NCBI GenBank assembly: GCA_964016885.1
Contig: OZ024743.1
Coordinates: 302,622,001 to 302,686,000 of the forward strand
Direction of reading: 5' to 3'
Origin: Eledone cirrhosa
Lineage: Eukaryota
Length of the DNA stretch: 64,000 nucleotides
The stretch's first letter is position 1, and each line of letters begins with the position of its first letter. Under the pieces are notes generated by a model, which had not been told where the DNA came from, did not search any database, and worked only from the letters and a program-made list of their open reading frames with translations. Shown here one piece after another: positions 1 through 12,976 of this stretch. The translations under genes and the position numbers were made by a program.

Positions 1-2132
1 GTTCAGAAAAGAACTCACAGCCTTCTTTAAAGGCTTCAAGCTCTCTTTACATGTTGAGGCCAATATCTCGGTCGTTAATTACCTCGACGTTACCCTCAAT
101 TTAAAGAATGGGTTGTATTACCCGTATAGAAAGCCGAATGATACGCTTAATTACACAAGTAAGCATTCCAACCATCCTGCCAGCATAACCAAGAACCTGG
201 TAAGAAACGTTTCGTTGAGGCTTTCTCGTCTATCTACTAACGAGCATATTTTCAACGACCATTCCACTTTTTACAATGAAGTTCTTGCTCGGAGTGGATT
301 TGTCAATAAGGTAGCATATACAGAGTACGAAAATAGACATAGAAGAAATAGATCCCGTCGCATTTGTTGGTATAATCCACCATATAATATGGAGGTGGAC
401 ACACCATAAGATAAGATCTTTCTTTCCCTTATTACGAAGCATTTTCCCCCCTACACATAAATATAGGAACATTTTTAATAGAAATACTATTAAAATGTCT
501 TACTCTACGACTCCTAACCTTGCACATAACATCACAGCTTCAAATTTAACTAAACTACCCAGCCGTAGGAACACGTGCAACCCTGTAGTTAGTACTAACT
601 GTAATTGTAGGAATCGGGTTGATTGCCCCCTATCCGGGAAATGCCTCTCTAGTAACATTGTCTACAAATGAAAGGTTGTAACACCCACGTCCCGTAGGGC
701 CTACATAGGGTTAACCGCCAATAGATTCAAGCAGCGTCTTTACAAGCATACCCATTCTTTTCGTTACCCTCTAAGAAGGAATATGACGTCACTTTCAGCT
801 TATATCTGGAGTCTAAAAGACAACCACACCCAATATAAGTTACACTGGGAGATCCTAGCTAGGGCTAGATCGTATAACGGAAATAAAAGACCATGTGACC
901 TCTGCGCCGCTGAGGCCCTGGAAATACTCTACGCCACAGACCACATCCTAAACAAAAAAATCTAAGGCAATTTCGGCTTGTAAACATAAATTGCACAAAA
1001 CTTTCTTGTATTACAGCCCCACGTTATACCCTAACGGATAGTACGATCTATACGTGGATATTTACGTCTCGATGTGGTAGCTAAGTTTATGTTTTGTTTA
1101 TACCATTACTTATTTGCATAGGTAAGTATATATTACCTGTATGTTTTGTGAAGGTACGTATACTTTCTCGTACGTATATTTGATTGTATATGTTATGGCG
1201 TATATATTTTTTTAAATATATTCTGGTACATATGGTTTGGTGTTGTGTATACGGGAGTTTTGCGTCTGTGTGAGTATGCAGGTTCGTACGTATGTTGGGT
1301 GTGTGTATATGTGTACTTCATGTTTTGGTTGACTTACGTCTGCGAACATCTGTGTATTTACATGTAGGTATGTGTGTGCGCTTCTTATATACGTATTTAT
1401 TTATTTATATACGTTTATTTAATTAATTATTTATTTGTATACACGCACACACACACACATATTTATATGTGCGTTGTTTTGTATACCTATGGCAAGGGTT
1501 TTCGCGTATGTTTGTGTATGTAGGTATTTGCATGCGTGTATGTATTTATTTAATTTCTTTACCTCTGTATTGTATTATATTTACTTTATTCTTAACTCTG
1601 AAGCGGAGATTCATTCGGTTTCCTAGTTAGAATTTTAGACTATTACTTCAGCTATACCATTTACCTGGTTTTGTCTTTGCGTGCAATTGTACTCCACGGT
1701 CCACGTACGACGTATTATCTTCGTTTTTTCCGTTCATTGCCAGAGAATGTCTCTATGAACCACCTAAGAGAAGATTAGTCTACGACTTCTTTTATACCAT
1801 ACACGTGGTTCTGTCTTTGGGGGTAAATGTTTTTCACCGCTCCTATTAATGACGTATTATATTCGTTTTTTCCCGTTCTTTGCCAGGGAACGCTTCCACG
1901 AACCAAGGGTATCGTCTTCCTGTCTTCCTCCGGTTGCAACGTTTTTTGAAATATCCACTTCCGCGTTTACAGATTGAGTTTGTTAGTTTCAGAAGATCCC
2001 GTTAAGGGTGAAAGCAGCTTAAACTTTAATCTGTTATTTTAATAAATATTTGCTCTACGGTTCTTATATATTTTACATATATTTATCCTTATAGGGCCCT
2101 CTTTGGATTTTAGTCTTCAAATTTATTATTAT

Positions 2133-2136
<4 letters not shown>
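1..2136 (+). mobile_element. Penelope-like element, 3' part (RT C-terminus, GIY-YIG endonuclease, 3' UTR with hammerhead); degenerate and cut by the window edge
   Basis: ORF 113-409 has YYPYRKPN...SNHP and WYNPPY PLE motifs. 600-1000 encodes CNC..CPLSGKC, YIG and CDLC GIY-YIG motifs with stops. Long UTR ends at (TA)n. Confidence 0.9.
1970..2033 (+). ncRNA. Type I hammerhead ribozyme, U4A core variant (family A)
   Basis: CAGATTGA-bulge-AGTTT CAGAAGA TCCC-GTTAA-GGGT GAAA GCAGC TT AAACT TTAATCTG. Stem Ia AGTTT/AAACT, stem Ib CAGATTGA/TTAATCTG. Confidence 0.7.
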
Positions 2137-2191
<55 letters not shown>

Positions 2192-2979
2192 TGCGTGAGT
2201 GTGAGTGTACGTATAATTTATTTTAGTTGTATACCAATGGGTAAAACAAGCAGTTCGGGTTGTTAAAGGATGATACAACCCATCAAGTAAAGCAGTCAAC
2301 GATATACAAATCATTCATCATATATGTGGTGTCTGTGTTCATTAAAACAATAAGAGTAGACCGGAATATTGCTTTAGTATTTTCAGTCAACGAAAGTGCA
2401 ATATATACTTCAATGACACAGCTCTAACATCCGATTATGATGCAATACTCAGTAATTTCATCAGGGGCTCTTTGCAGAATTTTACGTCGAACCCAAACAT
2501 AGAATAGAAGATAGGATATAGGGAAACAAAAAGAAGATATAAATTAGAAAATTCGATTCGTTGACAGCCTGCTAATTTGGAGATGTATTGTTATTAGCAG
2601 GCTGTCCCCGAATCAAATCGCTCCACGCTTTTCTTTTTTCTATATTCCAATATGTTTATATCTCTTGCTAAATATATGTCTATACTTGTGTTTGCAGAAT
2701 CTACTTACCATTGTCCACATCTACTTGCCATTGTCCACATTACGCCTCCACTCGGTAGGGTGCAACTCAAGTGATAATTCTCCAATTCGAAATGATCACT
2801 AGTAACGGATAACTGAATTGAAACCTTTCTTGTTTGATAATGTTCCCTGACGATTTGTGATCTTCAGAGCAAAATAAGCTGATGTTGCTTAATGGGACTG
2901 CCGTACGGACGTTCGACGGAAATACCTAAATATTTATTCATCTTATTAGAGTTTCTCAAGTAAAATATCCTATGGATAA

Positions 2980-4710
2980 ACTTGCATTAGATTATCTAAT
3001 TAATTTACAACGCTTTCTATTATTACAGCAACATATTCCAGCATTCATTCCTCTCTGTGCTGTTTTCCTCAAAATCATTAAACAATAGGAATAGCATATG
3101 TCCTCTCAATATAGGACATATTCAAATCCAAAATGTAGATGTAGATTAATGTGTCAATGAACTTCAAATATAGGAAGAATTATCAAAAATAATTTTGATA
3201 GAATTATCCCTGATATCACACAAAAAACTGCAATTAACTTACGGTGTAATACTAATGAACTTATTAGTGTATTGGTAATTTGGACAATATGAATAAGAGG
3301 AACATTTTACAGTTTGATATTGACAATAATACATTAAAATCATTGTTGTATCAATAGAAGATTTAGAAATCGCAGATTATCTTAGACATCTTGCCTACAA
3401 CATTACTCTTTGAATTTTTATTTCTCCAGAATTATTTTTATCGATTGTAAACATTGTGAACTTTTAGTTCTTTCTACCATAAAATGTGAAAATGTTTAAT
3501 AATTTGTCTATTTACACTTTGTAAAGGTGTACTTCTTTACAAAACAATTATAGATTTCTAGTATATATGTTTTTTATATTTATCAACTTCGCTCAAATCT
3601 ACTTTAAAAAACAGTTAGAGATTCGCTCAAACTGGCATAGCTTAATAGACATTGCTCAACATGCACATAATTTTAACTACGGTCAAAACAACATCACTCA
3701 ACTTGACTTCGCTGAAACCACTACTCACGAATAGGACGATTGAAAATAATACTAAGGTTGTTAATTTCTTAGCTTTTACTCTTGAATTAATTACTGAACA
3801 TTTTAGAGACTAAACTAAACCAGATAATTATATTATGTTCCTAAATATTAATATCAGCCAAAATATATTATTAAATTCATGATTAATACTGTAGCATGTA
3901 CACTTTCTAGATTTTCGGCCAGAATTCTATGTATTATAATAAAGCTCTTACAAAATCAGAGTGTAGAGATGAAATAACATTCAAATCTAGTAAGTAATAC
4001 AAAGAAAAAGTAGAAGGGATAAATATGTATGTTTAATCCATTAAATATTGTTCAATATGCCAGGAATATGTTTTAGCATTTTAGAAGAACATTTTCTCCA
4101 GGACCAAAATTACTATAGCATAATAAATGAAAATAGAGTTAAGTTATCTGTCTCTACGATACCTAATTTAGCAGAGTATTTGGCTTCGAATAATAATAGA
4201 AAATTATATAAAATTATATAACCTAAAACAAAAAACTCCAATACAGTACCATCCCGTAATTATTGATAATGTGTATAATAATAACAGAAATAATATACTA
4301 GACAATTATGAACAGAGAAATGAAGTCAATAATTTGTCTAAGCCATTAAATCCTAGTAACTATTTATTGTACCCAGTAATATATCAGGTCAACATCTTAA
4401 TACTAATAATCTGATAACTAATTGCAAATAAAGAGTCCACGGCTCTTACCCTTTAAGAATAGATTGTCTTACACATAAGGTATTGTATAACTGTAATGAG
4501 TTAACTCTTAATAAATCATTTAATTACATAGGGGCAACTGCTAATACACCTATAATAACTCATTTAATTACATAAGGAGAACTGCTAATAAACTAGGTTT
4601 GAGTGCATCAACATGCTACTTTATTAAGGGTGAAACATTAAAGAATTCAACTTCTTAAGCTAAATATATTTGTCTCTTACACATGATTAAGAGATGGAAT
4701 ATTATTAATT
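2980..4710 (+). mobile_element. Highly degenerate Penelope-like element relic
   Basis: Interrupted remnants of NPKCRL, ILDRIIP, LQFDID and YIGATA motifs, in the same order as the neighbouring PLE. Confidence 0.65.
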
Positions 4711-4862
4711 CAGGAAAGCCGTAGGGAAGCGGTAGAGATAGATAGATAGATAAGTGCATATACGTGTGTATCTACTTAAATTTAATTAAGAATGTTTAAA
4801 CGTATGTATATGTATATATATATATATGTAGGAGGTGAGCTTTATTGTAGTACAATAAAGCA

Positions 4863-5783
4863 ATGCAGATATCGGATAAGAAGCACTCTACAGTTTGTAG
4901 GACTGGAGTATATATAATATATAAGATCAAAATGTCAAACCTAAATTCCTCAAAAAATGTTTTAGTCCACTCTGACAAAACCAATAATTTATATGGTATT
5001 TCCAAGGATAACTATAACAACCTTATCCTAAAGGAACTTAGGAAAACATATCGTAAAACCAACCATGATAATTTAGAATCCATAAACTTTGAAGCCTCTG
5101 AGATTATGTCAAAACTTGGCATCGAAAAAAAGACCGAACCATTCCTCCCAAGAACTCCGATGATAAATCTCAAGGATCACAAAAACAATTTTCGTACTGA
5201 ACTACCTGTTAGATTAATCGACCCCTCTAAATCAGATCTGGGGGTTGTTAGTAAAGCCATCTTGGATAGAATTATCCCACATATTCGTTCTAATTGTTCT
5301 TCTTTGAACTTAAACTTATGGTTTGGTACTTCTGAAGTAATTGGCTGGTTCAACAAATTGAATAATAAAAACAAACTAAAATTTGTTCAACTTGATATTG
5401 CCAGCTACTATTCTTCTATTTCGCCTTCACTTCTCAACAATGCTCTATCTTTCGCATTTAAATATTCTGACATCACCACAGATGAACTTCACATCATTCT
5501 CACCGCACGCAAAACCATCCTAGAACTCAACAATGAATATTGGACCAGAGCTGATACATCTAACAACTTCGACATCACAATGGGAGCATCCGATTCATCC
5601 CAATTGACAGATTTATTTGGTATCTTTATTTTGAACTCTTTGAGTCGGAAAATTCCTCAACTTCGCGGTGGAATTTATCGTTACGATGGACTCTTTACTA
5701 TCTTAAATGGCAACATAGTTAACCTTAATATTATTAAGAACAATATACGTAATCTCTTTAACCAACATAACTTAAAAATTTAA
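4863..5783 (+). pseudogene. PLE reverse transcriptase (catalytic YRDD mutated to YRYD; premature stop)
   Basis: DKTNNLY, LKDHK..F...PVRLIDPSKSDLG, FVQLDIASYYSSI, FDITMG..DS, GGIYRYDG. Confidence 0.9.
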
Positions 5784-5813
5784 TTTGATAAGAGCATCAA
5801 ACTAGCTAATTTC

Positions 5814-6995
5814 TTGGATGTATCTCTTAATCTTGACACTGGCCTATATTACCCTTACGATAAAAACAATGAGAACCTAAATTATGTTAATTTTAGATCT
5901 AACCACCCCACTAATATTAAGAATGCTATAGTTAGTAATATTGGAAAAAGAATATCTAACCTATCTTCTAATAAAAATATTTTTGATGCTAACGCCAATT
6001 ACTATAATAACGCGCTTTCTAAAGCCGGCTATCCTGATAAAATCAAATATAGTAAAGAAACAAATTCTAGAAGATCTAACAGTAGATTAATTGATCATGA
6101 TCATTCCAATAACTTTAATAAAAGACCTAGATACAAAAACATAATCTGGTATAATGCTCCTTTCTCCATCTCTATTAATAATAATATTCCTAAATTATTC
6201 TATAGTGCCTTAAATAAATGCTTCCTTCCCTCACATATCTATAGTAAAATATTTAACAAACACACTATAACATTTTCCTATTCGACATCCTCCAACATTT
6301 CCAACATTATCTCTAAACACAACAATAAAATACTAAATACTAAATCTCTTCCTTCCAACACTGAATATCATAATAATAGTAATAGTACTCCCGAAGTCAT
6401 TGTAAACTCTAGGCTAATTTCTGCAAACCCTAATACAACGTCAAACACAACTTCGCTAAATATTCTTAATCCCATTCTAAATCAAGAAACTATTATTCCT
6501 ATTGCAAATAACTTCTCCAATCCAATTCCTTCTATAGATTACACTAGGTCACTCGTTAATAATCTCTCTAATCGCAATTGCAATTGCCCTGTTAAAAATA
6601 AATGTCCTCTCAACAACCATTGGCTTGATAAAAAACCTAATCTACGAACGTAAAGTTATAACTGACACCAATTCCTTCACTTATTTTTGGCTCCACTTCC
6701 ACCTTCTTTAAAGCTCGTCTTTATAATCATCATTCGTCTTTTAAATACCCACTTAAAAGAACTAACACAGCTCTCTCAGAACTCATATGGTCCTTGAAAG
6801 ACAAAAATATTAAATATAACATATCTTGGAAAAAGGTTTCTTCTATCCAAGTTCTCTATCCAAGACATGCAATCTCTATCTAAAGGAAAAATTTACCTTT
6901 ATATCTAATTTAGATTCTATAATAGATAGACGCACTGACTTGTTTTCTCTCTGCTTGCATAAATTCCACAGAACATTCCATAAAGTATACAGCTA
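5814..6995 (+). pseudogene. PLE RT thumb/linker and frameshifted GIY-YIG endonuclease
   Basis: FLDVSLNL..GLYYPY, SNHP, IIWYNAPFS, CNCPVKNKCPLNN; then GSTS.FFKARLYNH in another frame. Confidence 0.85.
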
Positions 6996-7988
6996 ATATC
7001 ATAAACTTTATCAATTTAGAATCCTTTTCTCAAAGGCACATATATATATATACTTCTTTTTTTTTAAATATACCCGTCTTTCTACCTTATTTCAAAGTTA
7101 TTTATTATACATTATATAATAATTGTTACTCATTCTATATCACTCCTATTTATCACTTCCCTTTCTCCTTTTCCTTTTCTTTTCTTTTTCTTTTAATTTC
7201 TAACCCCTAATCTGTACCTTTTCTCACTGTGCCTCACATAGAAACAATTATTACACAATACAATATATTCTTACCTTATATCACCTTGAAAAAATCCTTC
7301 GTAAACATAAACACATTTTTTGGACGTTAGATTATTCATCCTCAATTCATTATTTTTTTCTCCCTTTCATCTAACTTATTCATGCTCATCTCACAATATA
7401 TTCATGCTCATCTCACATTACTTTTGTTTTTTTAATAATACATATCAACATTTTCTTTACATCGCACATATTATTAAACCCTTAAATATTATTCTTAATA
7501 CATATTAACATTTTCTTTCCATCGCACATATTATTAAACCCTTAAATATTATGCTTAATATATATTAACATTTTCTTTTCATCGCACATATTATTAAACC
7601 CATCAATATACAAACCTTAACTTTACATTATTTTTCTCTTCGTTAATTTTCAAATTCTTTTAATTTATACATTATCTTCCAATGGTTTTTCAACCTCTCT
7701 ATGTAAAACAATATATTTTTCTCAGTTATAAAAGCTATCTCTTTCTCTATCACCCATCTCTCCCCCCATCTCATCCTTCCTCATTATACTCCTCCCCCTC
7801 CACTTTTTTACTCTCATCTCCTCCTCTTTTTCTTCCTTTACAACCTCCCCCCCACAAACATTTTTTTTTCCCAATATCACACATCAATCTAAAAGTACTT
7901 TTCATATGTTGATTTAAAACTGCACTATTCGCAAGTGTTTTTAACCTTCATATCATGTCTTCCTATTTTATGTGATGAAAACACAAAT

Positions 7989-8032
7989 ATTATTGCATGA
8001 TGATATTTGTTTTTGAAATGCGCATAATAAAA
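7989..8032 (+). ncRNA. Possible degenerate minimal hammerhead at PLE 3' end
   Basis: TTATTGC ATGATGA TATTTGTTTTT GAAA TGCGCA TA ATAA. Stem III is palindromic (ATGCGCAT) but the core and stem II are imperfect. Confidence 0.35.
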
Positions 8033-8072
8033 TACATGGAACTCTTTTAACCATCTTTTGATCTTTTGATCT

Positions 8073-8120
<48 letters not shown>

Positions 8121-8354
8121 GAATAATCGAGAATCGGAATATCGGCCTACGAAATCACGATAAACAATATCCGACATGTGTGACAGAGGGCTCAATAATT
8201 TGGATAAATCAGAGCTATAACCATCGTTAAATTACCAACACATTGAGATCATGCCTAAAATCACCCGTGCAGGCGAAAAGAACGACCAGGAAGATTCGGG
8301 TCACTCAAATAAAATATCGATAAATTAATAAATTAAATGAATGTAAAAAACTCA

Positions 8355-8491
8355 CCCGGACCCGCTAGAAGGGTGTTAAATCTAGCTTCTTGGGTTTCTG
8401 CATTTCCTTAATCCAATCACTATCAGCCCACATAAAAAAATATATAAGACTTCTAGAGAAGGGGTGGACGCGGAACAGCTTTCTCAACGGG
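8355..8491 (-). ncRNA. Type I hammerhead, U3-A8 core, expanded stems II and III (copy 1)
   Basis: Minus strand: CCCG TTGAGAA [AGCTGTTCC...GGAAATGCA] GAAA CCC..CTAGA..TCTAG.GGG TC CGGG. Confidence 0.7.
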
Positions 8492-8982
8492 ATTTCGTCC
8501 GACAATAAAGAGGGGTGCTATAGCCAAGAACGCACATGGTACTCAGCAAGGGAGATAACCTCTATATTAGCGAAAGAATTCGGTGATGTGCAAATTATGT
8601 AAGAATACAAAATATCACATATCGAATCAGAGTGCTCAACAGACGTGTTAAAATAAACAGGAGCTATTCATCAGTCAATAAGCTCGACAAAAAAATAATC
8701 AATAAAATTAACTGGTCAATAGCTAAGGTCTAGAGCTAAATATAGTAGAATAATCGAGAATCGGAATATCGGCCCACGAAATCACGATAAACAATATCCG
8801 ACATGTGTGGCAGAGGGCTCAATAATTTGGATAAATCAGAGCTAAAACCATCGTTAAATTACCAACACATAGAGATCATGCCTAAAATCACCCGTGCAGC
8901 CGAAAAAGAACGACCAGGAAGATTCGGGTCACTCAAATAAAATATCGATAAATTAATAAATTAAATGAATGTAAAAAACTCA

Positions 8983-9119
8983 CCCGGACCCGCTAGAAGG
9001 GTGTTAAATCTAGCTTCTTGGGTTTCTGCATGTCCTTAATCCGATCACTATCAGCCCACATAAAAAAATATATAAGACTTCTAGAGAAGGGGTGGACGCG
9101 GAACAGCTTTCTCAACGGG
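8983..9119 (-). ncRNA. Type I hammerhead, U3-A8 core (copy 2)
   Basis: Same motif 628 bp downstream. Stem II base GC-TGTTC/GGACA-T-GC. Confidence 0.7.
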
Positions 9120-9844
9120 ATTCCGTCCGACAATAAAGAGAGGACCTATAGCCAAGAACGCACATGGTACTCAGCAAGGGAGATAACCTTTATATTAGCG
9201 AAAGAATTCGGTGATGTGCAAATTATGTAAGAATACAAAATATCACACATCGAATCAGAGTGCTCAACATACGTGTTAAAATAAACAGGAGCTATTCATC
9301 AGTCAATAAGATCGACAAAAAAATAATCAATAAAATTAACTGGTCAATAGCTAAGGTCTAGAGCTAAATATAGTAGAATAATCGAGAATCGGAATATCGT
9401 CCCACGAAATCACGATAAACAATATCCGACATGTGTGGCAGAGGGCTCAATAATTTGGATAAATATATATATATATAAATATCAAATAATTAAATTAAAT
9501 ATGTAAAATTTGGCTTTGTTTATTATAAATTATAGATATACAACTATATATATTTCGGTGACAGCCATCATTGTCTGTGATCTCTTCAGGCAGTCAGAAT
9601 TGGTGTGGAAAAGACAGGTGCACATGTTGTTGAAGTGTGTTTTACTCCGTCAATACATCGTTATGTCCAGCTCCTGGTTGTGTTGTTATTTCTATGAGGA
9701 ACTGGAATCATATAAGTTAGAACAAACGATTTTCGGCGTCATAGGACACGCTCGCATCCCATTGGTCTATTGTGAGAACATTCATCAGTCAAATATATAT
9801 ATATATATATATATATACAGAGAGAGAGAGAGAGAAGAGAAGAC

Positions 9845-10120
9845 ACCTTCGGTCACGAATGGCCATGGAATTTGCACCTAGAAAGTTTCCCTCTGAGACA
9901 CAAGTCTAGAAGTTCAGCAGTCGCCGGTGCATACCAGCGTCCCCTCACCGCGCCACCGAGGATTTCCAAGGCACCATTTACGCCACAAATTATTTCTACT
10001 GCTAAACAAACTGGAGCAACGTGAAATAAAGTATCTTGCACAAGGACACAACGCATCTCCTCTGCCTAGAATCAAACTCACAACTTTGGTAGCCTGATTA
10101 TGTAACCACTAAGCGATGCA
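9845..10120 (-). mobile_element. tRNA-derived SINE
   Basis: Minus strand has a B-box-like GAGTTTGATTCT followed by the SINE core-like GTTGTGTCCTTGTGCAAGATACTTTA. Flanked by microsatellites. Confidence 0.6.
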
Positions 10121-10134
10121 CACACACTCACGCC

Positions 10135-10217
<83 letters not shown>

Positions 10218-10482
10218 TCATTACTTGTAAGACAATCTATTCTTCGAGGGCAAGAGCCAGAGACTCTTTAATTGCAATTATATATATATGAGGGGGATGA
10301 ATACTGATAAAAGTATACATGTGTTCAAATTACAAATGACCAAGTTAGCTAGGTTGAAAAACATACTGCCTCGATTTAAAGTAATAAATCAATAAAAATA
10401 ACAAACCTAATATATTACACGGCTCGGAAATATCCCTGTCTTTGAGCTATTTAACTCTAAAAGACTATTTCGAGTTTTTAAT

Positions 10483-10578
<96 letters not shown>

Positions 10579-10613
10579 TTATAAGAATCAAAGAACTGTT
10601 CAAAACATTTTTA

Positions 10614-10661
10614 TGCTTACAACTGTTTCTTCCAAACCGAGGTTTGGTTTCTTCGGACCAA
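10614..10661 (-). ncRNA. Hammerhead, U4C core (family B), PLE 3' end
   Basis: TGGT CCGAAGA AACCAAACC-TC-GGTTTGGAA GAAA CAGTTG TA AGCA. Confidence 0.65.
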
Positions 10662-12053
10662 TTTATTAATGAATGAACATTTGTATGACCTCTTTTTCAA
10701 CCGAAGAGACATACAGATACATATGCAAATATTGTTGCTTGGTGGTTCAACATCCATTACACCATTTAGTGTGGCAGTACACATTTAGAGATTACATTCA
10801 TATTAAAAGATAAAATTAAAAATACAGGTTAAAATACAACATGACAATTAATGCGATAGGATAGTCATAAGCGGTTACTGAGTACAATAGTTACACGTGT
10901 GCCAAGCCCGTGCGTTTTGTTTATATAATGCTATAGTGTGGCAGAGTGTTACATGTAATGGAAGCACTTAAACAGGTGATCAAGAGTGTTAAGAGGGTTG
11001 AACTGGTAATGAATTATTTATATGATTGTTATAGCCTGTGCGTGGAGAAATAATATAAGCATTAAAAATATTGGAAATGCGTACCAAAGCGATGATATGG
11101 ATTTCATGCACAACAACATTTTCACAGTCCGGGGAGCGTATTTTTCAGATTATATGCCCCTCACATAATCCACAACGATTCGATATTGGGCGTTTGACGA
11201 TCCTGTTAGCGAATCGTAGTCTGTTGGTCTTTAGCTCAATACAGCAGGTTGTTACGTTACGAGAATCGACATCGAAATATTTTCCGGAAGTGTGTGTGTG
11301 ACTAAGGGGAGTTAATGGATGAGGGGAGGCAACTCAGTGGTTTCTATTACTAACTATTAAATTGTGTCTCAAAATAGTCCCTAACTTCTATGGTTATACA
11401 CAGTTTCTAAAAATTTAAAGTGTCTCTACTATAGTGTAGTCTATTAAGCAGTACTGAAGGTGTTCATATTATGGTGATGATCCTCCATTATAGAGTGCCG
11501 CAATTGAATATTTTACAAGATGAGCGAGATTTCTAAATCAATGATCATTGTGATTGTAGTCTACTCATAGAACCTGGCAGGGTGATTATAGAATCACTTC
11601 AATATATAATAATCCCTGGTAAGCTCTGTGTCAGTGCATGTTATATTGGATGTCGAAAGATAACTATCACTAGGGTAGACCAGAGGTCAATCTGCACTCC
11701 TCATGTCACTAATCTGACCATCAATTCATACATATATATACAGCTCATCAACGTTACTAGATTAATTAGTCTTCCATTTATCCAGCGATGGCACTTCACC
11801 CGCATAGCACCAACAATACAATCAATTCGATGCTTACATTTTATATTTATTATAAAGTGGTGTATTGCAGTTCAAGCAACTGGATGCAGTCACACCTAAA
11901 TTAGAAGTACAAAGGGGTATTCCTACTGTGAAGGGTTCTAGAGGGTTGTCCCGATTAGTGTTATATTGGATCAATGAGTGTGGGGATGTGGTATAAGTTG
12001 TGCCCTTGGTGTTGTTCATGCTAGAGGTGGTGTCTGGTTCAAGTCCGACATTG

Positions 12054-12600
12054 CTATATATTGGGCTTAAAGTTTTGGAAGGAATGTCTGAAGCGGTGCT
12101 GGCAAGTTGCGAACTCTTCAGATTTTTTGTTAAGTAGGTTATGGTTAGAGAAGATAATAGTGTGGGTCTCTAGTATACAGAGGTTACAACATTTATTAGG
12201 TGGTTTGTACGAAGTCGCGCTACCTATCACTTCCCATTTGAGTGTGTAAGGTTTATTTTTAGTTTTTAGATAGTGTATGTAGCAAGATAGTGAGGTGGAG
12301 CTGGCTAGACTGTGCTTTTTGAACGAATGGATGTGCGAATCATACCTGGTTTTGAAGTAGTTAGAAGTGGAGCCTACATAGGTTTCTGAAGAGTTGCTGG
12401 TTGTGACGGTGCATGAGTATATGATATCTTTGATTAGGCATGTTTTATCTAAAGGGCAGGTTCTATTTGCTGTACAGTTACAATTATTCTGGGTGTTAGT
12501 CTGCTGGTTATAATGGTGTGCACAAGTCTGGGTGGTAGCTATAGGATTTTGGATATGTGGGTTGTCGTCCCCGGTGTTATTGCTTATACTAGTGCTATTA
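12054..12600 (-). CDS. PLE GIY-YIG endonuclease domain (5'-truncated; the N-terminus of ORF 12054-12662 comes from the inverted pLTR)
   Basis: CNC...TCPLDKTCL, IIYSC, TYVGSTS..FKTRY..H, CNLCILE, LLNKKSE, CQHR. Confidence 0.88.
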
Positions 12601-12674
12601 CAATATTTGCATATGTATCTGTATGTCTCTTGGGTTGAAAAGGAGGTCATACAAGTGTTCATTCATTAATAAAT

Positions 12675-12721
12675 TGCTCCGAAGAACCCAAACCTCGCTT
12701 TGGAGGAAACAGTTGTAAGCA
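12675..12721 (+). ncRNA. Hammerhead, U4C core (family B), inverted pLTR copy
   Basis: TGCT CCGAAGA ACCCAAACCTCGCTTTGGAG GAAA CAGTTG TA AGCA. Confidence 0.7.
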
Positions 12722-12923
12722 TAAAAATGTTTTGAACATTTCTCTGATTCTTATAACTTATATATAACTGCCGTGTAAATCATCTGATGTTATTACATTG
12801 AGCTATTTAACTTACTGGTAATGAGGTAGTAATATATTACTGCCTACCACTATTTAGGGTTTGTAAAAATATATATAACTACAAAAGGTTTTTGTATTTG
12901 CATAACCAAAATAGTATCCTTAA

Positions 12924-12976
<53 letters not shown>

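Larger units (their letters stand above)
4863..8075 (+). mobile_element. Penelope-like element, 5'-truncated (RT, GIY-YIG, about 1 kb pyrimidine-rich 3' UTR)
   Basis: ORFs 4863-5783 and 5814-6653 are PLE RT pieces. A frameshifted GIY-YIG continues to about 6995. Ends at (TA)n. Confidence 0.92.
8114..9463 (-). mobile_element. Retrozyme-like non-coding tandem element: about 2.15 copies of a 627-628 bp unit, one hammerhead per unit, inserted in (TA)n
   Basis: Units start at about 8114, 8741 and 9369 and are near-identical. No credible ORF. HHR motifs at 8355-8491 and 8983-9119. Confidence 0.75.
10576..12762 (-). mobile_element. 5'-truncated Penelope-like element (GIY-YIG + about 1.5 kb 3' UTR) with inverted pLTR at its 5' side
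   Basis: GIY-YIG ORF 12054-12662. 10576-10734 is an inverted repeat of 12601-12760, and both arms contain an HHR. Confidence 0.9.

Noticed and set aside
2842-2898. GTTCC CTGACGA TTTG...CAAA ATAAGC...GCTTA ATGGGAC hammerhead-like string
   Set aside because: GAAA absent and register at the cleavage site inconsistent; single copy.
7454-7610. Three copies of an about 59-bp repeat that could suggest a CRISPR-like array
   Set aside because: Simple tandem duplication without unique spacers, inside a PLE 3' UTR in eukaryotic DNA.
8668-8674. Canonical CTGATGA on the minus strand of the 628-bp repeat
   Set aside because: No GAAA after a closing stem II and no stem I partner. The TTGAGAA motif fits all helices instead.
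8390-9230. Duplicated 70-aa ORFs in the tandem repeat
   Set aside because: TTG start, no recognisable domain, overlap the hammerhead antisense; shared only because of the duplication.
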